Positions 28,053-38,030 of a stretch of DNA of 64,000 bases are shown here, piece after piece. How positions within the stretch are numbered: position 1 is the stretch's first letter; every line of letters starts with the position of its first letter. Under the pieces are notes generated by a model. The model worked only from the letters and a program-made list of their open reading frames with translations, did not search any database and was not told the origin of the DNA. The position numbers and the translations under genes were made by a program. The stretch is taken from IMG/VR virus record IMGVR_UViG_3300034158_000023, positions 1-64,000 of that record; one strand, given 5' to 3'.

Positions 28053-28862
28053 ATGCAACTGCTATCTAAATTCTTTGTGTGCCTATGGCACACTTTGATG
28101 CGCAATGATTTTGCTATTGAACAAAGCTACCAAGAGTTTGTTGCAATTGAAGAGCAAAAACAAAAACGCAAATCAGAAAAGAAAGCACGACGTAATGTTA
28201 AATCGGCTTTAGAAAATGTTTATTATTCATTCTCTAAAAGTAGACGCCCTTGTCCAAGTAGATCTGGTTTAGTGTACTTAGGGTTTCCAATTCCTTTTTT
28301 TATAGTACACTTGAATCAGGTTATGGTAGGTACTAAAACTGTTACTAAAAGTTCTTACCTATATGACCTGTTTGTAAACTGCAAGACTAAAAAACAAGTG
28401 ATCGCTACAGCTGAGTATTACCTTTCTTTATTAGACAACCCTAGCCAGTGGAATGATACTATCACGTTGTGGGTTAGGGATAGAGAAGAACAAGTGAAAT
28501 GTGAAATTACCGAGTTAGACAACATAACCGATCATATCTACATTCACACGTATGCCAGGCCAATAGCCATCGCCGAAGACCTTGAACCTCCCAGCTATAA
28601 AAAGTTAGGTTTCGTGCACGACAGTGGGGATTCTAAATCTCTACAGGAGTACTTCGTTTTATGTAACACTCCACTAGAACGGCATTATACCGCTGCGTGG
28701 TATATGGAGCATTTCTGTGTAGTTGAGGTGGAAGTAGACGCACGGACTACTCCACCTAACAGCATAGCAGATTTAATTAGAACGTTTACATCCGAAGGTA
28801 TGGAGAACTCGATAACTTCTAAAGAACCACCTAAAACATTTTTATCCTACTGGGGGCAGTAA
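28053..28862 (+). CDS. hypothetical protein, tandem paralogue of 28866..30125
   Basis: FFVCLWHTL.RNDFA, IVHLNQ, ATAEYYL and HYTA.WY shared with the next gene. Confidence 0.8.
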   Translation: MQLLSKFFVCLWHTLMRNDFAIEQSYQEFVAIEEQKQKRKSEKKARRNVKSALENVYYSFSKSRRPCPSRSGLVYLGFPIPFFIVHLNQVMVGTKTVTKSSYLYDLFVNCKTKKQVIATAEYYLSLLDNPSQWNDTITLWVRDREEQVKCEITELDNITDHIYIHTYARPIAIAEDLEPPSYKKLGFVHDSGDSKSLQEYFVLCNTPLERHYTAAWYMEHFCVVEVEVDARTTPPNSIADLIRTFTSEGMENSITSKEPPKTFLSYWGQ

Positions 28863-28865
28863 TTA

Positions 28866-30125
28866 ATGGATATATTAACTACTTTCTTTGTGTGCCTATG
28901 GCACACTTTGTTACGTAATGACTTTGCTAGAGATAAAAGCTATAACAAGTTTTTATCCTTAGAAGAGCAAAAACAAAAGCGTAAATCAGAAAAGTTAAGA
29001 ATGCAAAACGTAAAGTCTACGTTACCTATGATTAAGGAAAACTCGTCTAATAATGTTAGACGTTCCTTGAGTGATCCTCCTAAAGAAACTTGGAACTTTA
29101 GGGATCCTGTACCAATGGTGATAGTACACTTAAATCAGATCGTAAGTGGTGCTAAGGTGGTAGACAATGATACTTATCTAGGTTCATTGTTTATCCTCTG
29201 TAGAACCCACGAGCAGGTTAAAGCTACAGCTGAGTATTACCTTACGGTGTTCTATGAATGTGAGGTATATGCCCCTTGTTTAGTAGCGTGGTGTTGTAAT
29301 AGGAAACTGTATATTGCGGATCAATCTACTAAGGAAGATAAATGTGCTTTAGATGTATATGTGGATATATATGCTAAGCCTAGTAGTGGGGCAATGGAAG
29401 TGTTGGAAGTGCCTTATAAAACTATGCAGTATATAGCAGACACAGGTAACCCTAAAGCGCATCCAGAACTGTTCACATTCTGTACCAACCCAATAGAATG
29501 CCACTACACGGCTAAGTGGTATTTACGGATGTATAAACACGTACAGGAAGAGCATGAAGTTAATCCAGAGGATACTTTACGCGAGGTTATGAGTAATATA
29601 TCCTTTATAAATGGTAGTGGGGACAAGGACGATTCCGCGGAACTCAACTCAGCCAATGAGATGATAGAAGATGTATCGTCTTATGTGCAGAGAGAACTCC
29701 CCCGACGTAAACTCAGATTAATAAGGACAGCAAATCACGAGCTTACCACTAAACAGATTATGCAGCAAAAGCGCTGGGGGGTTAATCAGCTGTTAAATAC
29801 CTCGTTAGGGCGTATCCATAAATCTATATCTTTGTCTTGGAATGAGCTAGCCCACATGTTGCAGAAAGGGCGCAATTACAGTCTACCAAAGTGCATAAGC
29901 ACTAGGAAAATAATAGGAGAAATGTTAGTTGAACTACAGCTTTTAATTCAGCAGCATAAAAAACTTGGGGAAATTGCCGAGACAAACGATTCTTTTTTAA
30001 TAGAGTATCAAGAAACGTTAACCTTACTATGGGTATTGGAAACTTGGTTAAAACATCAACCCTTCACTGATGCCTCTACTGAACCTTGTCCAGAGGAAGT
30101 AGACGCACCTGACCTAGAGTACTAG
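28866..30125 (+). CDS. hypothetical protein, tandem paralogue of 28053..28862 with C-terminal extension
   Basis: Same motifs as 28053..28862 plus an extra helical C-terminal region. Confidence 0.8.
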   Translation: MDILTTFFVCLWHTLLRNDFARDKSYNKFLSLEEQKQKRKSEKLRMQNVKSTLPMIKENSSNNVRRSLSDPPKETWNFRDPVPMVIVHLNQIVSGAKVVDNDTYLGSLFILCRTHEQVKATAEYYLTVFYECEVYAPCLVAWCCNRKLYIADQSTKEDKCALDVYVDIYAKPSSGAMEVLEVPYKTMQYIADTGNPKAHPELFTFCTNPIECHYTAKWYLRMYKHVQEEHEVNPEDTLREVMSNISFINGSGDKDDSAELNSANEMIEDVSSYVQRELPRRKLRLIRTANHELTTKQIMQQKRWGVNQLLNTSLGRIHKSISLSWNELAHMLQKGRNYSLPKCISTRKIIGEMLVELQLLIQQHKKLGEIAETNDSFLIEYQETLTLLWVLETWLKHQPFTDASTEPCPEEVDAPDLEY

Positions 30126-30135
30126 TAACAGATAA

Positions 30136-30177
30136 ACGGCATAAGAGGAGCTCCTAGGAGCTCCTCTGCTATGCTGT
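30136..30177. terminator. bidirectional hairpin flanked by ACGGCATA and TATGCTGT
   Basis: AGAGGAGCTCC-TA-GGAGCTCCTCT between convergent genes. Confidence 0.85.
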
Positions 30178-30792
30178 CTATGGAGGTAATAAGCCATTGT
30201 CTCGGAGGATTTGAATCAATACCAGATTCTGCTCTTCTAAGGCAATGCGTTTATTTTTTTCTTTCAATAACTCAGATCTTTCACTTGTACGCATAACGAT
30301 AGCTGCTGTTCTAGCTGCTTCTGCTAACTCATGTTGCTCTGGAGTTACCAATGATCTACTTGGCCCGATGTGTTCTGATACTACGTTACTGACACCGATC
30401 ATGTCACTAGCTAGAGAACTAATCATCTGTTTAAGTGCATCTAACGGCACGTATTCAGGAATAGCTCCCATGCTTATGGATAAGATAACATGTTGGTATT
30501 TTACATCCCCCATGTCTGGGTATCTTACGATATATGTATCAGGTACATAAATGTAATTACCCACTTCATCCACTAGAGTTACAATAACCGCACCATCTCT
30601 GGCATCAGCAGCATAGTCAGTTCTAGATAGGAGCATTGGTTCATAATAGAGTTCAAAGACATCGTCTCCTAACTCTTCTATGTCCCTGAACTTCCTTAGA
30701 GCTATGGTAGTGTACACCATTGTAGGAACTGCTTCCCAAGGAGTTCTTAGGACGTAACGCCCCCTACATTGTATCGGTGGTGTCATTCTCAT
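30178..30792 (-). CDS. conserved phiKZ-like hypothetical protein (probable virion protein)
   Basis: YVPDTYI..YP and LS.S.G..P motifs; co-oriented downstream of a structural gene; AGGAG RBS. Confidence 0.7.
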   Translation of the reverse strand: MRMTPPIQCRGRYVLRTPWEAVPTMVYTTIALRKFRDIEELGDDVFELYYEPMLLSRTDYAADARDGAVIVTLVDEVGNYIYVPDTYIVRYPDMGDVKYQHVILSISMGAIPEYVPLDALKQMISSLASDMIGVSNVVSEHIGPSRSLVTPEQHELAEAARTAAIVMRTSERSELLKEKNKRIALEEQNLVLIQILRDNGLLPP

Positions 30793-30802
30793 GAGTTAAC
30801 TC

Positions 30803-32125
30803 CTACTGAGGACCAGGTACTTCAGGTTCAGGTTCTGTTACTGGGTTAGACTTTAGTGCCACCAAGTACATTACCTTGTTGTAACTAGAAGCCAAATAAC
30901 GAATACCTTCACGAGTGATACGTGTCATCCCTGTTGGTATCTCAGAGTACTCAGTTAAATTCTCTGCTGTTTCTAGCATGGTGATTAACTTAATGATGAA
31001 CTTCTGAGTTACTGGAGGGATACGATCAAAGTCACCATGGCTAGTACTCAAGTTAATGTAGTTAGGCCATAGGTCTTCAAAGCGGAACAGGTTACCACGG
31101 TTACGTGGGTTACCAATAGCAATAAACGCTAAACCTTTAAAGACAGTCGTACTTGTAGCTACGTTAGCATCTAAGTACGCTTTGTCCATCGCTGGGAAGA
31201 AACTACCAGCGTATTTAGCAGTATCACGAATCGGGAACACAGGACTAAACAAACCAGCAGAGATTGTGTTATTAGGTAAACTATAACGATCCCAAATAGG
31301 CCCAATGTAAAATTCCGTAGGCCGGAACAAATCAGGAAAAATCTTTTCCCATTCATCTCTATCAAATGCACTGTTAGCTAAAATGTGATCGATTAATGCT
31401 TGACGAATCAAGTCATCGTTAATACCACTGGCACCATAAATGGCAACCATAAATGGAGTAGGTACACGAATAGATGGATCGTTCTTATCTACCCAATCGT
31501 ACTCTACAGTGTGCAGTTTAGTTTCTGGGATCTCACCAGTTAGAATACCCTCACGAGTAATCATATCGTGAATGCTGATGCCATCTAACTTAGCTAATGC
31601 AATAGCACGCTCTTTATGTAAGTCATCCATAGGGATCACTGGAGGGATCACCATGATTTCATTGATGTCATACTGAGCACGGAAAGCTGGATCACTAAAC
31701 CAAACACGACAGAGGTTGTCACTACCTAAAACTTTAAAGAAAACGTAAGTAGGTAACCAGTAGATACCGTTAGTTTCCATAGCGCCAACAGTTAGAACTT
31801 CGAGGTCTGTAGCGAACTCAGCAGTAATTGCTTGTTGACAACTTTCTTTATTGTCTGATAGACTGCCGTCTATAGAAGTGTTGAAAAGAAACTGCCCCAT
31901 GGCCAGAATCTTAGCAACCATCGCATCGGGGACAACGGAGTGGACGCCATCCAGCTTGCTATCGAACGAGTGCATAAATACATCAGGGTAAGCTACTTTA
32001 CCGTATTTGCCTACTTCACGGCTAAAGGTTGTGGCATAGCTTGACAGTTCACCTATAGGAGAGGTTACGCCTAATAGGTTTACATTCATTGCGTTCATTG
32101 AGATAAACGCACTAAGATTGCGCAT
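30803..32125 (-). CDS. virion structural protein (phiKZ gp157-like)
   Basis: SPIGELS and W..IFPDLF..TEF motifs; synteny with RNase H and UvsX as in phiKZ-like phages. Confidence 0.7.
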   Translation of the reverse strand: MRNLSAFISMNAMNVNLLGVTSPIGELSSYATTFSREVGKYGKVAYPDVFMHSFDSKLDGVHSVVPDAMVAKILAMGQFLFNTSIDGSLSDNKESCQQAITAEFATDLEVLTVGAMETNGIYWLPTYVFFKVLGSDNLCRVWFSDPAFRAQYDINEIMVIPPVIPMDDLHKERAIALAKLDGISIHDMITREGILTGEIPETKLHTVEYDWVDKNDPSIRVPTPFMVAIYGASGINDDLIRQALIDHILANSAFDRDEWEKIFPDLFRPTEFYIGPIWDRYSLPNNTISAGLFSPVFPIRDTAKYAGSFFPAMDKAYLDANVATSTTVFKGLAFIAIGNPRNRGNLFRFEDLWPNYINLSTSHGDFDRIPPVTQKFIIKLITMLETAENLTEYSEIPTGMTRITREGIRYLASSYNKVMYLVALKSNPVTEPEPEVPGPQ

Positions 32126-32186
32126 GGTCTGCTCCTAGAAGAAAATTTTGAAATTTCATACTAATTACCTATAAAAGGGTTTACTT

Positions 32187-32648
32187 ATGGCTGCTATACT
32201 GTTTAAATTATTTCCTACATTGTGGCCTTTCTTAATCGAGCTTATAGTTGGAGGTAAAGATCACCCTCATTCATTTGAAAGAGATGACGTTAAACGACCA
32301 GGATTAGTTACTGTCCTGTTATTTATAATCACTGCATTGGGATATATTCTGGCTACTACTATAGAAGACAGAGATAAGATATCCAAAGAGCTACAAGAAG
32401 CACACAAACCATCATCTAAGGTACAAGACTTGAGTGTATCCTTATACGTTTGTGAAAAAGCTAGAAAAGATTTAGATGATGAAATCATTTCATTAGAAAC
32501 AAAGTTGAGCATGACCTCATCTGATTTGCTAGTATGTAATGCTAAGCCGATGCCCACATGTTCAACTAACACTGTTACTCCTACATTACCGCAGTCCTTA
32601 GCTGAAAAAGCTAGACAACGTTTGGAAAGTATGAGAACTAAGGACTAG
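32187..32648 (+). CDS. membrane-anchored coiled-coil protein, candidate i-spanin
   Basis: TM VTVLLFIITALGYILA, then a coiled coil with three Cys; immediately followed by a lipoprotein gene. Confidence 0.6.
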   Translation: MAAILFKLFPTLWPFLIELIVGGKDHPHSFERDDVKRPGLVTVLLFIITALGYILATTIEDRDKISKELQEAHKPSSKVQDLSVSLYVCEKARKDLDDEIISLETKLSMTSSDLLVCNAKPMPTCSTNTVTPTLPQSLAEKARQRLESMRTKD

Positions 32649-32651
32649 CGT

Positions 32652-33083
32652 ATGCGTCATTGGATATTGTTTTTTTGTTTTGTTTTATGTGGGTGTATCT
32701 CTACACCCACCGCTAGACCTACTTTTCCAACCCTATCTGCTCCACCTAAGTCAGAAGACTATGTAGTACTGACACAAAAAGAAACGGTGGAGCAGTACCA
32801 TGCCATGTTGACGATCTACCACGTGTATCTAGGTGAGTACATCGACTTCATAGCTAAGCAGTACAAGTTAAAGACCACTCCTGATCCTAAGCCTTGCCTT
32901 ACGGTACTGAAGCAGAATCGCATAGTGATTACTAAACTCCCTGAGCTGGTAGGCTATTCAGATGATAAAGTAGTAGATGCTTTAATCGACCATTTAGCCG
33001 CGGTACTAAAAGAGATTAGACATTACAATGCTGCCGTAGATAGACACAACCAAAAGATAGATGAAATGTGTTCTGGGTTATAA
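32652..33083 (+). CDS. lipoprotein, candidate o-spanin
   Basis: MRHWILFFCFVLCG|C lipobox, Pro/Thr-rich linker, two further Cys. Confidence 0.65.
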   Translation: MRHWILFFCFVLCGCISTPTARPTFPTLSAPPKSEDYVVLTQKETVEQYHAMLTIYHVYLGEYIDFIAKQYKLKTTPDPKPCLTVLKQNRIVITKLPELVGYSDDKVVDALIDHLAAVLKEIRHYNAAVDRHNQKIDEMCSGL

Positions 33084-33135
33084 ATTATTCGGATAGCATA
33101 TTAAATGTAGTCCTGCAACTTTTATAGGTGAGTAA

Positions 33136-34647
33136 ATGACAGACAAAAACGAACAACCGCTAACTGATGTGGGTGTAGTCCTTTATACGGATGGCGGTTG
33201 TAAGCCATCTCGTGGTATTGGCGGTTGGGGAGTCCATGGCTATAGTTATAATCTAGAGCCTCTTAACAAAGCTAATCGTAAAGTAAATGCAATCACTAAT
33301 CTAGGGTACTATGATACTAATGGTGCAACGGTTAGATATAAAGAGGATGGTACCTGGAGCGCTGATAAGAAAGGTGAAATAGTTACCTGTCACCAACCCA
33401 TCACTTATGTAGATAGCTTCGGTAGTTTGATTCCTGAGTCTACCAACAACATAGCTGAACTTACAGCTGCTCAAAAAGCATTAAGTATCATTGCCGAGAT
33501 CAAACCTAAGCAAGCTCATCTGCTGTTAGACAGTGAGTATGTGTTAAAAGGCATAACCGAATGGTACCCTAAATGGGAATCCATGGGTTGGGTTAAAATG
33601 GATGGTACTCCTACTCCGAATGCCGATTTATGGAAAGGTTTAATAGCTAAGCATAATGATGTTAAATCTTATGTGGATCTGTCGTGGGCGTACGTACGTG
33701 GACATAGTGGGGATTTAGGTAACGATAATGCTGATCGTCTAGCTAGTCGTGCCATCATAGCTGGCAGAAAAGGTATCGAGTTTGAAGATACGATGTTGTC
33801 CAGTCCTGTTGGTTATGAAAATAAATCTTCTTGCCACAATCGTATTTTTGCGTACCCTAGGTGGTATTTCGTGTGCAATACGCATACCGACAACACGACT
33901 AGTACCGGACACTACGCTTATCACATTGGTACTAATACCAAAGAAGATGAGATAGATGGGAAAGCCGCTAACGATACATCCTTCGCTGTTCTTTATTTGA
34001 AAGACCGTGAAGCTGTATTGGACAAAGTCAGGGAATACCACAACGAGACAACGCAACACGCTTACACTAACGTAGTTAAGGTATCTTTGGATGCCGCGTT
34101 TAATCCTTATAATTATGACGATATCCTTAAAAACGGATGTACTTACTTAGAAAGGAAAGGCGCAGCCATCTACGATTGTGAAGATCGTGTTATATCAGTT
34201 GAGCGCAGTACTCCTCATTTGGTGTTCCGTACTCAAGGTATTTTCAGTTCTTTAGAAGCGTTGTTAGAAGATTTCATAAACGGTTCTCATAAGCTCAGCA
34301 CCAGTATGGATATTACGGGTGAGTTATATGAGATGGTAACCAGCAAGAAGAAGGAGATATCGCAATTAAGAAAAGACTTCAAACAGTCCACTAAGTCTAA
34401 GGACGTGCTGGTAAGTTGTATTCTGTCAGGTGTAGAACAACAGATGAAGGTTAAATTAACCGTTGGTCTGGATATGCCTAACCGAAATACCTTAGTTGCG
34501 TTAGCAGCCGAGGACCCCAAGGTTTATTTGTTAACACAAACCGAAGGGCCAAACGCGTTCCGAGTTCACGTGGTTATCAAAACGGTGGATGACATTAGTA
34601 TATGGTCGTCCGTGTATTCTAACCTTTATGTTAATTTGGATTTATGA
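33136..34647 (+). CDS. rnhA: ribonuclease HI with long C-terminal extension (phiKZ gp155-like)
   Basis: YTDGGC, TNNIAEL, DSEYV..GI..W, NADLW and VRGHSG..GN..ADRLA. Confidence 0.92.
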   Translation: MTDKNEQPLTDVGVVLYTDGGCKPSRGIGGWGVHGYSYNLEPLNKANRKVNAITNLGYYDTNGATVRYKEDGTWSADKKGEIVTCHQPITYVDSFGSLIPESTNNIAELTAAQKALSIIAEIKPKQAHLLLDSEYVLKGITEWYPKWESMGWVKMDGTPTPNADLWKGLIAKHNDVKSYVDLSWAYVRGHSGDLGNDNADRLASRAIIAGRKGIEFEDTMLSSPVGYENKSSCHNRIFAYPRWYFVCNTHTDNTTSTGHYAYHIGTNTKEDEIDGKAANDTSFAVLYLKDREAVLDKVREYHNETTQHAYTNVVKVSLDAAFNPYNYDDILKNGCTYLERKGAAIYDCEDRVISVERSTPHLVFRTQGIFSSLEALLEDFINGSHKLSTSMDITGELYEMVTSKKKEISQLRKDFKQSTKSKDVLVSCILSGVEQQMKVKLTVGLDMPNRNTLVALAAEDPKVYLLTQTEGPNAFRVHVVIKTVDDISIWSSVYSNLYVNLDL

Positions 34648-35027
34648 TGGTAACAATTACTCGCTTTTTCAAAAGTGCCATATACGCTCTTCTAGCCTTT
34701 GCTATTCCTAGGCACATGAAGAGAATTATGTTCATAATGGCGTTGTACCAAAGTACTATCAAAGGGGAAGAGTTGACCTACAAGGATTTAGTGGAGCTTA
34801 ACGATGCACTTAAGTTAGCCAAAACTAATCCAGCGGCCTTACGCTTTCCAGCCAAGCTAGCTAAGGGTAATTTTCTTGGATTGACATGTAAGTCGATATG
34901 TGATGTTTCAGAAGATGAGATATCACAATTGTTAGAAAAGTTGCCCTCTTGGATGCGGTATGCTCGAAGTGATGATCTTAAGAAAGACGTGTTGAAATTG
35001 CGGAAGTATTCCGTACAACACGCATAA
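34644..35027 (+). CDS. hypothetical protein
   Basis: ATGA overlap with the RNase H stop (translational coupling). Confidence 0.75.
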   Translation: MMVTITRFFKSAIYALLAFAIPRHMKRIMFIMALYQSTIKGEELTYKDLVELNDALKLAKTNPAALRFPAKLAKGNFLGLTCKSICDVSEDEISQLLEKLPSWMRYARSDDLKKDVLKLRKYSVQHA

Positions 35028-35030
35028 AGT

Positions 35031-35074
35031 AGAGTAGGGTGTCCTAGGACACCCTACTCTCTTATATTTGCCGC
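35031..35074. terminator. bidirectional hairpin
   Basis: 14-bp stem AGAGTAGGGTGTCC/GGACACCCTACTCT, then TTTGCCGC; between convergent genes. Confidence 0.85.
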
Positions 35075-35075
35075 T

Positions 35076-35918
35076 TTACAGTTCTTTTACCAGTAATGCT
35101 TCACCATCTTTCATGGCTTTACTAGCCTGATTTAGAAGGTTTACGAACACTGCGTACATAGTAACTTCTTCTGCTAAACCTTCGATGAGTTTAACAAATT
35201 CAGTTATTACGACTGAAGTAGGTTGGTAGTTAGTACCTGGATCTTGAATGGCTTTAAACAACTTACGTAAAACACCATTGATCTCAGAGACCTTCTCATC
35301 CACTAATTCAGGAGGTACAGATTTAGCTTTTTCTAAGATCACATTTAAGCGAGTTCTGGCTAAACCCCAATCCGCATTACGTGAAACTAAGTTACCATAT
35401 GTAGTTTTAGCAGCCCCACCATCACGGATTAGATGACCGTAATCAGCTTTTAGTTTAGCTGTGTCTGCAACGCGTAAAGCAGATCGGAAAGTAACAGAGT
35501 TCAGCTTAGTAGGATCATTCAAAGCACTGCCTACATAAACTGCAAATGGTTGGAAGATACGTTCCGGCATTTCCAGTATCAATTGTAGGTGATGTTCAAA
35601 CTGAGACATCATGGTATTCCAGTCAGCACTCTGACCTGAGATACATGGTAACTCAATATCCATAATTTCTGTATAGGGATACTTTTGAAGAAGTCTGTCA
35701 ATCTTAGACATAGTTAGAACACTAGCTATGTTAGACAACCCGTTCAATTGATCATTCATGTAGCTAATGACGCCTTCGTAGGTATCGCTTAGTTTATTAA
35801 TGATTTTGATATTAGGGTGGTAAGCTGCCATAGCTTCATTGCCAATACACAGCAAAGTGTAATGCATTTTGTCTATCGGGATGGGCTTCGCAATACGAAA
35901 TTGTGGTCTAAGGGCCAT
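35076..35918 (-). CDS. probable head/virion protein (phiKZ gp153-like by position)
   Basis: Divergent from uvsX as in phiKZ-like phages; possible G-N-E protease site near the N-terminus. Confidence 0.6.
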   Translation of the reverse strand: MALRPQFRIAKPIPIDKMHYTLLCIGNEAMAAYHPNIKIINKLSDTYEGVISYMNDQLNGLSNIASVLTMSKIDRLLQKYPYTEIMDIELPCISGQSADWNTMMSQFEHHLQLILEMPERIFQPFAVYVGSALNDPTKLNSVTFRSALRVADTAKLKADYGHLIRDGGAAKTTYGNLVSRNADWGLARTRLNVILEKAKSVPPELVDEKVSEINGVLRKLFKAIQDPGTNYQPTSVVITEFVKLIEGLAEEVTMYAVFVNLLNQASKAMKDGEALLVKEL

Positions 35919-35992
35919 GATAAATTCCTTGATTGGGATAATATGTACGGATCAAAACATCTCATACAGTAAACATTAATGTAGGATAAAGC

Positions 35993-37501
35993 ATGCATAA
36001 ATTATCATTTAGTAATAACGTTCAAACTGCTCCAGAAATTCGGCCATTGTTCAACGTAGGTTGCTTGATGGACATACAGTGCGGTCGTTACACCATGGGT
36101 GCATATGGCGAAAGTATTCTGAATGGTGGCTTAGCTCGTATCACTGGTATCGGCGGTCGTGCTAACACATACAAGTCTACTTTAGCGCATTTCTTTTTAC
36201 TGCGTATTGTGGATCGTTATTTTAGTTCTGCTGGTATTGTATACGATGCAGAGCTCTCAATGAGCCGTCAGCGCCTGATCGATCTATTCAGTAGCTTGAG
36301 TCCTGAAGCAGCAGAAATCGCCGTAGAACTCTTCTCAAGCGGTCGTCTAGCCCTTACTGACGCTAACGTAATGTCTGGTGATAAGTTCTTTGATCAAATC
36401 AAAGATTACGCCAAAGAAAAGTGTAGCGCTGCCAAATCTAAAACTTGGGGTACTACACCTTTTGTGGATAGTAACGGTGTTCCATTCAAAGCAATGTTCC
36501 CTACTCCAGTAGAGATAGATTCGGTATCACGTTTTCCAATCACAGCAGTCGATACTATCTTGGATGCTAACGCTATTGGTGAAAGTGGTAACAACATCGA
36601 AGCTCTGCGTAGCTCACATGCTAAGAACCAGATGTTGATTCAGTTGCCTGTGTTGACTGAAGAGGCGTGCATGCCATTTATTATGACGGCACACGTAGAT
36701 GATGCTTTAAGTTTAGACCCTTATGCTCCACCACAAGCTAAGTTAGCATTCTTAAACAGTAAGCTAAAATTTAAATACGTGCCTAACCAGTTCTTGTTCC
36801 TACCGAACAACCTGTGGTATTGTTTTAGTGCTCACCCATTGAACAACAAAACTACCAAACTGGCTGAGTATCCATACTCTTCTGACAATGCTGGATCTGC
36901 TAGTGACTTAATGCAAGTTACAATTCAGAACTTGCGTGGTAAGTATGGTGCTAGTGGTGTACCGTACAAACTGTTAATGTCTCAAACTGAAGGTTTGTTA
37001 GTAGGACTCTCTGAGTTCGATTACTGTAAAGACAATGGTCGTTTTGGTATCGAAGGTAATGATCGCAATTACTACATGGCATTGGCTCCTGAGATCAAAC
37101 TACAGCGCACCACAGTGAGACAAAGAATTCGTGAATCTACTAAACTAGCACGCGTGATGGAAATCACTAGTGAATTAGCGCAGATTCAATCCTTGATCAT
37201 TAACCTACCTAGAGCAGCTATTTGCACTCCACAACAACTATATGACGATTTAATCGCCATGGGTTATGACTGGGATGTCTTATTAAACACTCGTGGGTAT
37301 TGGATCTTTAAAGAAGATGAGACTAAATTCACTAAACCGTTCTTAAGTACGATGGATTTAATTCGTATGCGTTTAGGCTTATACGTACCTTACTGGTTAC
37401 CTAAAGACGCCAAAGCCAAGATTAAACCTGCCGTTAGTAATGTTGTACAAATCGGCGCTGTCCATACAGCTGTTTCTAAGGATTTGGAAAAAGCTGCGTA
37501 G
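35993..37501 (+). CDS. uvsX: UvsX/RecA-like recombinase (phiKZ gp152-like)
   Basis: Walker A GRANTYKST, YDAE, Walker B EIDS; long C-terminal extension typical of phiKZ-like UvsX. Confidence 0.88.
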   Translation: MHKLSFSNNVQTAPEIRPLFNVGCLMDIQCGRYTMGAYGESILNGGLARITGIGGRANTYKSTLAHFFLLRIVDRYFSSAGIVYDAELSMSRQRLIDLFSSLSPEAAEIAVELFSSGRLALTDANVMSGDKFFDQIKDYAKEKCSAAKSKTWGTTPFVDSNGVPFKAMFPTPVEIDSVSRFPITAVDTILDANAIGESGNNIEALRSSHAKNQMLIQLPVLTEEACMPFIMTAHVDDALSLDPYAPPQAKLAFLNSKLKFKYVPNQFLFLPNNLWYCFSAHPLNNKTTKLAEYPYSSDNAGSASDLMQVTIQNLRGKYGASGVPYKLLMSQTEGLLVGLSEFDYCKDNGRFGIEGNDRNYYMALAPEIKLQRTTVRQRIRESTKLARVMEITSELAQIQSLIINLPRAAICTPQQLYDDLIAMGYDWDVLLNTRGYWIFKEDETKFTKPFLSTMDLIRMRLGLYVPYWLPKDAKAKIKPAVSNVVQIGAVHTAVSKDLEKAA

Positions 37502-37589
37502 TATTCCATGGGGCAGTTCTCTGCCCCTAATATTCAATGGGTAATTAAAATGCAAATACAAACAAAAGTCAATAAAATTTGGAGTATGT

Positions 37590-38030
37590 ATGGAAATTAT
37601 TTTAGTAGTAGTAGGAAACCGCGATTACGATAACTATGAGTTCTTTTGTAAGACCATGGATCGTTACATCGCTCACTTTGGTTATGACATTCGCAAGGTC
37701 TACAGTGGTGATGCTCCTGGTATTGATCAGATGACAGAAGACTGGGCTTTATCACGTGGCCATAAATTCGAAGCTATCCCAGCGGTATGGCAATTACCAG
37801 ACGGTACAACTGATCGTGGTGCAGGTATGAAGCGCAATGAAATATTGGTAGCTAAAGGCACTCACGTAGTAGCATTCTGGGATGGTAAATCAACTGGTAC
37901 TAAACACTCTAGTGGCCTAGCCAAAGAGTTAAATAAAACGCGCATGATCGTACCTATCGTGGCGACTAAGAAGCGTTATTATTGTGCTCGTTGGAAAACA
38001 ATTTACGCAGAACGTAATAAGGCGGCATAA
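37590..38030 (+). CDS. SLOG-superfamily protein (DUF2493/YspA-like)
   Basis: VVGNRDY, VYSGDAPGID...WA, AGMKRN and VAFWDGKSTGT. Confidence 0.85.
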   Translation: MEIILVVVGNRDYDNYEFFCKTMDRYIAHFGYDIRKVYSGDAPGIDQMTEDWALSRGHKFEAIPAVWQLPDGTTDRGAGMKRNEILVAKGTHVVAFWDGKSTGTKHSSGLAKELNKTRMIVPIVATKKRYYCARWKTIYAERNKAA

